Shown: in pieces, positions 51,101 through 62,300 of the stretch | Position numbering within the stretch: position 1 is the stretch's first letter | Layout: each line of letters begins with the position of its first letter | NCBI GenBank assembly: GCA_965637545.1 | Contig: OZ281498.1 | Coordinates: 4,588,001 to 4,652,000, forward strand | Length of the DNA: 64,000 nucleotides | Source: Phallusia mammillata | Taxonomy: Eukaryota | Reading direction: 5' to 3' | Notes under the pieces: model-generated | The model's database searches: none | Seen by the model: only the letters and a program-made list of their open reading frames with translations | Told to the model about the DNA's origin: nothing | Position numbers and translations under genes: made by a program

Positions 51101-54100
51101 TATATCTTACCCTATCAGGTGTTGTCGTCGTGTCAAAAGACAATCTATTTTTCTCTGTCAAGTCAAATTCATTTACAAGCGATCGCACTGGATTTGTAAT
51201 CGATTTGAATTCCAACGTATCATCCATGTCGCTGTTAACGTAGGGGGACTCGTATCCCAAATTTTCGTCCGATTCCGAAACGACCGAATTCGTAGGAGAA
51301 GTTGTATCACGGGGAACCACGTGAATTTCAAGGTCAAGGTCGAATTTCACTGTGATAGTATATTTAAATAATATCAACAAAAATTCAAACAGCATTAAAT
51401 CAGGTTATTCTCTTGAAGCCAGAGGTTTATAACAATGGGCGCCGGAAAAAAAGGGGACAAATTTTGATTAGTCTTATCGATTTCAGTAAATAACAACAGA
51501 AACGTAAATAAGAAAACATCATTAAAATCTCCTATTTAGACATATGTCTAGTGGATATCCACTGTAGTTTCTCTCCTTCACTTAGAGCATGATACTGTTT
51601 CATTTAGTATTTTTCGACAAAGTATGTTAATTTTGATGTACATTTAAATTCCAAAGAGGAAAAGTACCCCCTTGCCCTTACGTGTCGGAGCCCATGTTTT
51701 TTTAACGGAGGTAAATATCTACTTTTGACATGCTTTAAGGATAAATGTAAGCAAGGGATATGTTTGTCATATTTCGAAAGTATAAGTATAAATAAATAGT
51801 TTGATAGAATAACATCAAGTTTAGTTTAAAGAAACTTAAATTACATTTTTACTATCTGTCGAGAGGTACACAAAAGAAACGGTTGAATACCTCTGCTTTA
51901 AAATGTAACGACTTTAACGTTTACCAAGATTTGGGCAAACAAACCAAATCTTTTTAAATATAACAAAAAAATAACTAAAAAAAACAATATTTACGAAGGG
52001 TGAAGTTTTATGGTTGAGACGTTGTAAGAATAATTTACCGAAAAAGATATGACATTATTAATATGAATGTAAAACAATATGGCTAACCTCTTTGCTTTTT
52101 ACTTGCGCTCGTCAGGCTGCCACGCTTTTTCAGTGCACTGGGTGGCGGAGTTGGAATTGCAGGATACAAATGCTTTGAGTCGTTCCAGTCGGCGAAATTA
52201 CCGTCTCCGTCAGCAAATACTCCATGACATTCATCTGTGGGATTAGAAGATCCATTCAACAAATCGCCATTCCTCGGACCATTGCCAACTGGCGCGGTTT
52301 TTCGCAAAATTTCGGACAACCGTAAACATAAATCTGAATCAACCTTAATTGAGGTACTCTCGGCCCGATTGTTTTTAAATTGCTTTCTGTCTGCTTCCAG
52401 GACAGAAACATTGTCTCCGTTTTCTGGCATTTCATAATCCGCACTGTTCATATGTTGGTGTTCGTTTTCTCGAATAGGGCTTTCGTTTGACGCGACTTCG
52501 TATGACTGCCGCGACATACCTAATAAATTTTCCCTGAGACTCGGCTTTTGTTCTACAGCTTTGTTAGCCGCGGGAAACTCGCAGTCAATAGAAGTGCCGC
52601 CGGAATTGTCATTGCTTGGTGAAGAAGAAGATCGTTGCGAGTTATCATAAGAATGGGTCGCCTTGTTGATATTGACAATCTTGTAACAACACTGTGTGGA
52701 AGCGCTTCCTTTCCGCTCTGTCGTAGTGTCGATCTTTGGCGACTGTTCTTGGTTTGCGTTCGCGCTTTGAGATTGAGATGGGAAGCCCGCAACAGGGACG
52801 TTCAATTCAGTGTTGCGATTCCACAAAGTTGACGGATGGGCGCCGCAAATAGGTTCCACTTGCTTTGTGAAAACACGAGGGCTTTCTACCTGCCCTGTTC
52901 CATATTTAACCTTGTTATCGCGATCGATTGTGTTGCTGTTGCCCTCGGTGCGCTGGCTTTGAACTTGTCCAAATAGAAAAGGCGAATTAGATTTCTGTTT
53001 GACTTGGCCGCTCTTTCTGTCCTTCGCTACTGTTATTACAGGCAAAACTTCGCCGAGCGCGCCGTATTTAGGATTAACGCACACAATTATGGCCAAGTTG
53101 CTTTGATTTTCTTGTAGGTAACCGTGCTCACTTCTCTCTAACGAGGTGACATCACTTTCTTTACCTCTTCCTGGCTGTCTGTCCACGTCCACACTCGTAT
53201 CGGTCAAGACACAACGGCGATGAAGATAACTCGAATCTTGTTGACGGGAGTCGCGTGCAGTGCCATCCGCCGAAAGTTGTTTCTGTTGATCGTTATCCTG
53301 TTGTGAGCAACTTGTTTCTGTCCGCGGGCTCTTGTGTTGCCGCTCGCACCATATCACCTTGCTTTTGTGCTGTTCGCCATTGTAAACACGCCGAAATCTA
53401 TTGTCGCAACAACGTGCTTTGTCCGCTGAAGACGGAACGCTGCGAATCTCGCGTATTAGGTGGCTGATATCGTTGAGCGATGTAGCGTGATTAGCCGTCG
53501 ACAATCCATCGTGGACTGACCCTGTCTCGGCTCCTTGTGGTGATATGTTGGGAACGGACCCTTCTATGGCGGCCACGTCCATATCGGGAAGGTCAATGTT
53601 AAATACGTAGCGTCGTCGTTTATTCGTGAGTCTTGAACTGCTTCTCGATGTCGTCCGTCCTATTGTGAAATAATTTCAGTTAACATACTAACTTTTACAT
53701 TGTCATTACCTTTGCATTTAGCATTAAATGTACTCAAAACAAACGTTATGCCATTCCTTCTCGATAGTTTTTGCGGCGACCCAAACACTATGCAGGCGTT
53801 AATTAATAGCGAAACTGTAGCGACCCAATTTTTTGAACAACTTTTTCAAACTACTTGCCAACCTGCCGCTTTAATTCGTAGGCAAGGACCGTCTAACGTA
53901 TACAGTATCGCAAAGCTCTAGGAACTACTGTTGTAATTGATAGACGGCCTAACCAAATCAAATGATGTCCCACGCTTGGTTCGCGAGGCAGGGCTTGAGA
54001 AGCACAGCCTTGTGTGTAAATCAAACGAGCGTACGTTTCCAATCGCGAAGTTACAAATTTGATTATAAACAACATGAGATATATTACCTGATGGTAGATT

Positions 54101-54265
54101 AAGCTGGCTATGTGTCATAGATCTACAAACAACGGTAGAATTTGGAACTGATGAAATGGGAACAAACGTGCAGTCACCGGCCGTCCACGGTCTTATATCC
54201 TTCTTATTGCAAGATGATTTAGAGGAGGTACAACTACAATCAATGCCATGCAAGTTCGCTTCCAT
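48118..54265 (-). CDS. Uncharacterised large low-complexity/disordered protein with a PP1-docking RVxF motif
   Basis: Phase-compatible chain of exons: ~54265-53929, 53660-52088 (contains the 499-aa ORF), 51349-51111, ~50843-50718, 50650-~49950, ~49872-49645, ~49578-49506, 48839-48577, and less certain exons to ~48118. The composition is Ser/Arg/Pro/Gln-rich. No globular domain was recognised. Both ends are uncertain; a possible further 5' exon lies at 55336-55285. Confidence 0.65.
51434..51696. mobile_element. Probable degenerate hAT-like MITE in an intron
   Basis: The ends AATGGGCGCCGGA / TCGGAGCCCATG form an imperfect inverted repeat. Subterminal GGGGACAA / TACCCCCTTGCCC. The TSD is not clean. 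Confidence 0.45.
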
Positions 54266-55709
54266 ACTTGCACCCACATATGCACTTTAACAATAAATCA
54301 GTATTAAGTAATAAAGCTACAAATGGTTTCAAGTTTAATACCAAAACACAAACAAAAATGTTTTTGTATATTTGCCTTTTAGCCACTGCTCTATTTGCCT
54401 AAACTTTGTTGGACACTCACTGAAACCACTTGGCTAAAAATGAAGTTGTCTATTTACGTTCATGGTTTTATGTCAGATTGCTCTGCTTGTCACTTTATTG
54501 TTCAGCAATTACATGACACACGTTGTTGAGTTGCCACTCATGAAAATATATGAGGCACTCGAACTGCTGGTTACTACGTTACAGGAGCGTTAACAAATAT
54601 TTAATACTTTACAAGTGGGGTTGTTGTCAAGAGATCATTCAATTCGCGTAATAGCTATGTAATTATGTTTTCTATGTTTGTTTTGGATTGTCAAGCCTCT
54701 GATCGATGGTGAAGCGTAGGCACTTGCTTATTCCATGATAACATTGTCTATTTTGCAGAAAGTAACCCTTATTGTCCAACCGCAATGGACACCAAATGCC
54801 TCTTCATATTATAGTGTAGTTGGCATCATGAATTCATTTTACTACAAAAATGTTTTTCAAATCGTCATTTTATCAGTCAAAATGTTTTCACAATATCTTC
54901 AAACCGGATATATTATTTTGCAAAGAAAAAAGGCACAGTTGTTGCGAAAATCAAACATCAATAATGTAAACGACAGAATGAATGACAAGCCCAATAAGCT
55001 AAGCTTTGTTGATAACACACAAATATATAGAACTTGCGTGTTTGATTTAGTGCCGTATCATTCCTCGTTCACTCAGCATTCGAATATTCGTGTCGCTTGA
55101 AAAACGAAATTGTAACGTAAAAATACAATTAAGCACATTGGTATTTGGCTATTGTCCATCTTTTAGCCAATAGCAACAATTTTAATTGTGTTTGCTTATA
55201 GTTGACAGTTTATCGTATGGTTCCCAAGACAATTGATCAACAATTTGACAAATTATCATCTCGAGATATTCGATCTTTAAGTACCAGCGACCGGTCGATT
55301 ATTTTCCTTCTTTGCATCCTTTCTCGGCGGGTCCATTTTTGCGTCAACGTTTAATGTGCGGCAGTCATAAACGGTGATTTGAAAATTTCAACCAAAGCAC
55401 AGCGAAGAAAAGTATATGAAAATCATAGGACTAGATAAAGAAGCTTAGGTGAAAAGGCTTATAGGACAGTTTATTAACCAAGGGCACTTTTGTTAATCCT
55501 TAGGAGAAAATCTAAAAAAATTGTGTTCGGTATTATAGTGTTAAAGAACAATAAATTAAATGTTATCTTTAAAACCTATCAAACGATAGACAAGGCAAAA
55601 AGTTTGAATTTGAAAAGGTTTGAAAAGCAGAACTTTTTTATGAAACCAGCCACGACAGAATTAAATCATCGATCCTGTGGCCTAAACTTCTTATGTTATC
55701 GACCTATAG

Positions 55710-56038
55710 CAGGGGTTCCCAAACTTTTTTGGTCTGTGGCCCAAATGTCTATTTAATAGCGATTCGTGGCCCAACACGTGCTGTAAATTTGGGCACAAAC
55801 AAAAAAATAACTCAAAAACAGGCGAAATTTTCCAGCAATTTATTTTTAATGAGATACATGCTCCTGAAATTTGGCTACAAGATTCAGAATTCTTTGCAAA
55901 GATTACGTTTTTCAAAACAAAGCGCATAACATCTACAGTATTACAAAACAGTAGAATCTATTCAAATGGCTCTGTGGCCCATTGAAAATGTCTTGGTGGC
56001 CCACTACTGGGCCATGGCCCACAGTTTGGGAACCACTG
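55710..56038. mobile_element. hAT MITE, same family as 8236-8712
   Basis: TIRs CAGGGGTTCCCAAAC / GTTTGGGAACCACTG. Perfect TSD ACCTATAG at 55702-55709 and 56039-56046. The left ~90 bp are nearly identical to the 8236 copy. Confidence 0.92.
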
Positions 56039-56376
56039 ACCTATAGCAACAGGCATCCATCAGCTTATGATAATCTGATTCGAATTGGCAGAAAATAAAG
56101 TTTTTATTCATTACAGCTGTGATAATTACTTCTACATGGTCCAGTGCGCAAATTAGCATCCATCGACGTCCGTCTGATTTGCTTCATCAAATCTAAAAAA
56201 TAAATCAATCGCAGTTGGATGTCTTGGTGGACTAGATGACAGTGTATCAAAAGTAGTTGTTGTTTGCAACCAACGTTTTTGCAGGCTTAGAAAGTGCATT
56301 GTGGATTTAGGCTATACTCAAGAACCGGATGTTTGAAAAAAAACTTTGAAAATAGATGAAGTTTTAAGTCGTTAGA

Positions 56377-59300
56377 ATGAAATTGATTACAGCAGGATTG
56401 TTGCTGCTTCTTTCTTTCGCTAAGAGTCAACGTATTGGTAAGTTTTTACGATAAAACGAACTTGTCGTGTTGGTATGTAAGTAAAAAGTTTTATTTGCAC
56501 AAAATATTTCACCAATAAAACAAAATTGGGAAAAGGGGTGCAGGGTGTGCAGGGTAAAAAAAACCTACATATTTTTTAAATAACACATTGATTTATACAG
56601 ACTACTAATTAAGTTCAAAATTATATTAAATTACTTTATTAGAATCAATAATAGCAGATTGGCAAAAACTTTAAGATATCTACCTACTCCTTTCCCTTCC
56701 ATGTTGCACTAAGGTAGTTTTTTTTTTCTTTTTTTAGGAACTCGAAGGTTTTACGTAACAATGGTAACGGTAACTAGATATCGTGTTTGGCATCCTCCAA
56801 TTCGGTGTATGCCAATAATCCCAGCAACATGTATTACAACAAGTTCGCAGTAAATGGCTAATTTCATGATTCACTCAGCGGCCTTTTGAGTAGAAGTTGC
56901 GGCCCACGGAGAACGCCGCATTTTAACCATAATTTGACTTTTGACACTGTTTTAAACATCTAAACGAAATGTATTTTATTTTAATCTGTGTTTTTTTTAA
57001 ATAATTTAATTTTATGTGCGCCACCCGTTTTTCGTTTGATAGTTTTGATCAGAGTTGCAAGCGGGCCCGAAATCTGAGCCCGAACCCGGCCCGAACCCGA
57101 AAGTATAAGCCCGAAGCCCGGCCCGAACCCGAAACGTTTTTGAGAAGCCCGTTTAGGCCCGAAATTTTGATTGACAGGCCTATCCAAAAAAGCCTTGCAA
57201 CAAAGGATGAGAAAGAAAAAAGAGAAAGACAACAAACACAATAAATAATAGTAGACAATGGGGTAAACAACACGTTTTAGAGTAGAGTGGGCATTAGGTC
57301 AAAGCTAGAGACTTGTTACTTAGCTGAGTGATTTTATTAAAAAAAAATGGCGGACACGGAACTTAAAGTCAGGCCCGTTTTAAGCCCGTTTTCTCACAAA
57401 TACCTAAGCCCGAACCCGGCCCGAACCCGGCCCGAACCCGGCCCGAACCCGGCCCGAACCCGGCCCGAACCCGAACCCGGCCCGAAAAGCCCGGCCCGAC
57501 TTGCAACTCTGGTTTTGATCACCAAAACCACGAGGCTTGATAGAGCGGGGGTCGGCAACCCTTTTTGCATTGCGGGCCGGTTTGAATCTAAAATTTTTAT
57601 CACGGACCGCCCTTTAAAAACCACAAAACCAATTACAGTGATTGCAACTTCGATTCAATGCGAACCTTGAGCAAGTTTTATGTGGCCCGGTAACAAACGA
57701 CTCAGGGACCGGCACGCGGGCCGCGGACCTACGTTTGCCGACCACGGTGATAGAGCAACTGAACTACCCCGCTGGAAGTTGTAAATCCAACTAATCGTGC
57801 ACATAAAGAAATTTTATCAAGAAGTGAAGACTGTTTAACCAAGTAGCAAAACAAGACTTAAGCGACGTGACTTGACGACTTAAAGGCTTTAGTTTTGATG
57901 TTCCAAGCTTTTTTAATTGTTGAGTAATTAATTTTGTTGAAATATGGTCATCATGACACCTGGGAATTTCAGCATCGATTCGACCATTAGGTTTAAAACA
58001 ATTATTCGACTTAAGGTCATGCGTGGGCCGATTAAAAGAAAATCAAAATTAGACGGACTCCGATGAGATTTGCATCTAGCTATGGAGGGATTAAATTTAT
58101 CGATTTTTTATTGTAAGTGCTGGGGGGCTGTACATAGCCAAGACGCCCGCCGAGATGACGAACATTCGAATAAGTGACATTACTTAAAGAAAAGTTGAAC
58201 CACAAAAACAGTGTGTCTGAAAATAAATTACCATGTTGTTATGCCTTACAAACTGTTAGAAATCCAAGATTGATGCTGCTTCAAAACAAAACGGAAAACA
58301 AAATGTGAAGCACATACAACATACTTTGCATTATGGTTTTGTCCCGAAGAAACAAGAAACGGAAAGCAAGCGTTTTGGATATTCCCAACCCAAATACTAC
58401 GCCTTCGCACGTGTTTAACTGTGTTTTACGTGTGTGCAGGAATTCTGTCTGACGTGCACTTTGACCCTCAATTGCTACATCAGATCGTACGCCACACATG
58501 GGAAAGCAGCATTGCCGACCTCATAAACAACAAAAACACCACATCAGTCCAAAGTCCAAGGTTTGCCCAAGATGTCTCACTTGTGGATGCCATAGTAATA
58601 ACAGATATCCAAAATGCCGCGGATACAATGCAAAAAGGTACAAGTTTCCGCACAAGCATTAGTATCTGGAAACCATATTTTTTCAAGCATCAATCTATTA
58701 CAGTTTGCCAATTAATGGAGCATAACCCGGCGGTTGTGGTGGCTGTCACCAGAAGTTCTTGCAACTTGCAATTGGCCGTTCTGTCGTCGGCTCTCAGCAT
58801 TCCCGTTCTTGAAATTCCGATTGAGTTTAAAGCTGATCCACCGCACAGATGCGAGTTCAGGTGCGTGTGACATAACTTTTCTCATTTTCACTTAGTTGGA
58901 ACCTAGGAAGCTATGTCTTATATTCACAAACACCACCAGCTTCGACCATAACCGTACGTTGATTCTATTATCCATTATTACACACTTTCAATGTGTGATA
59001 CATTGAAACATTGTGGTGGCATAAGAGTACCAACGTTTTTTGCACTTACTATAGAGATTAACGAAGTATAAAATATAGAATAATTAGCAAGCTAAGTGAA
59101 CAAGTTTTAAAATCGATTCCTTATAAATTGGGACATACTTTCTACACCGATATGTATACATACTAATATTCATGTTAAATTTATGATCACATATTTCCAG
59201 AGGCCAAAATAAGAGCAAGTTTGTGTGGCGCAAAGGAATTTAAACTACAAAAAAATAAAAGCAGAAAAATAAAACCGCCCTGCTTTAATTCAACATCATC

Positions 59301-62300
59301 CATTTGATTATAAGAAGTACCGTTGATTTAACACATCTTAATTAAAATCTGCATAGCATGCTACAGCCAATTGCTTTGTCCCCTGACGACGCCAACAAGG
59401 ACAGAAGAAAACTGGCGACAGTTCCTCCTTTTGACGGAGCAGTTTTGGGGAACTATTTTGTTTGTCACGCTGGAGAGCGCATTATTTTAGTGTATGACAA
59501 CACGATAGGTGAGCTTCGTTTTTACTTCCATTTCAAGTTCAACATTCAACCTTATTCAAATAGAATTAAATATAGTGGTTTTTTTAATGGTTTACCTTGT
59601 TTTAATGGTACTTGTATGTACAGAAAGAATACGATATAGTTTTACTGTTTTATCGTTGTTTTTGTTATCAGACACACAAACTGTAAGTTCGTTTGTGGAA
59701 GGACTTGACAATCGCATGCGGCGCACGACTGTTCAGAAATTACCCACGTTCGACTCGGATACCGATTTTCACATCACGGTACTGGATCTTGCAACAGATC
59801 TCATCAACACAGCTGTGGTAAGTTGACATGAAAAATCTAACACAAAAACATGTTTAACAAATAGATAAATCAGATATCGCAACATCTGATGTAAAAATAC
59901 CAACAATATGATTCTTCCAATTATTTCTACCAGCTTTAGATTCAATTTTGTTTTAGTTTTTAATGATAATGTGGTGTTGAACCTCACGATTAAGGACCTG
60001 GTAATGTCATTAGGTTAAAAAAATGAAAATTAATATTTAAAAACTTATGATTTCAAACTTAATTTATGGTCTGCGTAACAAATCTGCAGAATGAACTGTG
60101 GGATCTAATCGAGGAAATGCCAGACACATCAGATTCGCGCAACACGGTTTCTTTCATTATATTTGGCGGAGAAGAAACGATACAGAAGTTTGTGCTTCAC
60201 TTTGTAAGTACTGCTTTACACATCTTCCATATACATTTTACAACAACCTGTGTTTACAGATACCGGAGTTGCCGTACAGTTTTTTTGTTCATTTTTACAT
60301 TGTGGACACGGTAAGTCGAGGTTGCAAGGCAATCGCAAGGTGACAAACAAAGTAGTAATGAGGTGAAGGGATAAAAAGCATGTTTTTTTCAGGGCTGGAC
60401 GTCGTATTACTTTGCACAGAGTCTGCTCTTTAGTGAGCGTGTCACGGTGATAACGATACCAGAGAAATACGAGGTTTCGCCAACGATGAGCGAGAAACAA
60501 ACAGCACACGTAAGTTTAACTTGTAACCTTGGCATAGGAACACCGTTAACGCTAACATAAACAGGGTTCAAAACTGCTAAGTTCGAATACTGATTAGGTA
60601 TTCTTCGTTACAAACGACCATTCGACTAAATGCCAAAACTTGATTTGTTTCAAAAGACGGACACACAGATGCAAAGGTGTCGCAGATACAGACGTTTAAG
60701 GCTGAACACCTCTTAAGTTGTTATGTAATGACACAACATACCAAATTCTACCATTTTTGCCGTACAAAAAATAACATTTTGTTACATTTGCGAAGCGTTA
60801 ACACCACCGTGACAATTATCGCAAATCTACGACAAGCGCGACCCCTAACGGATAGTCACAACAGGCTTCGACAAAAGTCATATTTGTCAACAGATTATGT
60901 GTAGTTTATTATATGCTATTTTCGTCGCATTGTAAAAAAAATTAACATTCATATTTTACATATAACGGAACTTGTCTTTTACAAACTATAGACTTTTGTC
61001 CATTTATCGTTAATTTGAATACAGGTCATCAAAAACGAACTGACTTCGGGTTTTAAAAGTTTGCTTTCGAGTCTTTACCAACAAAGCCGGATCGATAAGA
61101 GGACAATGGTTGCTGACCACAACGTTAACAACTCGTGTAGAAGTCGAATTGAAATCAGAAAATCACTAAAACAACTGACCCGTGTTATTCAAGACGGTGT
61201 GATTGGCCCAGGAAGTAAGTTGGTCTACTTCATACTGTATATCATAGAATAAGGATTCTTTTATTAAGAGATAAATGTAGATTTTGAATAAAACCCGTAC
61301 TAGGCTATTTTATTGTAGTATGCAACCCATAGTGTTGTGGTGTGTCCAGATTATCAAATAATGATTTGTATCTGGTTTTTGGTGTTGCTCCAAATCACAA
61401 GGCAAAACGATTCATGCTTTTTTTACGTTTTACAGACGCCAGCAAATTTGCGATATCTTTGCGGGAAAGATTTCCGTTTTTTGCAACAATTCAACTTGGA
61501 TCGGACGCAGAAAAACGCAACAAATTGCAAACCTGTGACATGAGAGAAAGCGGCGGGGTAAATAACAAATCAGCCTATTCTTATTTACTTATTCACACTG
61601 TAAACATTTGTATTTATTTGACAAGATGCAATCACTCCCAAATGAGTCAAAAACTACGCTCACATTTTTTGTTGTAAACGTAACTAAAAATATAAATTTA
61701 ACCGACAAGTTAAATATCGGGACTTCTGTTTGTCAAAAATTGTAATCAAATAAACCGATTAATTTATAAAGTTTGTCACAATTCTTCCTTAGGTTTACAC
61801 CCACTAGATTTCTTGGGTTAAACACATTTAGTTATTGGTTTGCATACACGTTAGTTTGGCGGGTGCCCATAACAAGATGGCTGCGTTTTTAACAGATCGC
61901 TTGCCGAAGTTTGACGAGTCAGATAAACGACTGCAACCATCCAAACCATAGTAGGGCAGAACATGCTGCGAATTCATATTATGCAGAGACGATAGAAGAC
62001 GAAATAAACGGAGACGTTTTTCTCGGAATGACGTCATGGAAAAATAAAACCTTTCGAGTCGCTACAGTGGAGGTAAGAATTCTCACTTATAATTGACTTC
62101 AACAATGTTTCTTTGACCAAGAACTAGAACCTATTGTTACTAAGTGTTATTGTTGCTAAAACTTTCTATCATATATTTGACGAATTTTCTCGCTAGTAAT
62201 TTCAGCAAACACTTGGAATTATTAACAACTCACGGTTAACCTGGTTACACCGTCTCATAGTTGTTGTTTTTTAAATTAAACTACTGGTTTTTGTATTATT

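Noticed and set aside
57014-57670. Pro/Arg-rich ORFs ([10 protein letters not shown])
   Set aside because: They are translations of MITE subterminal repeats inside an intron.
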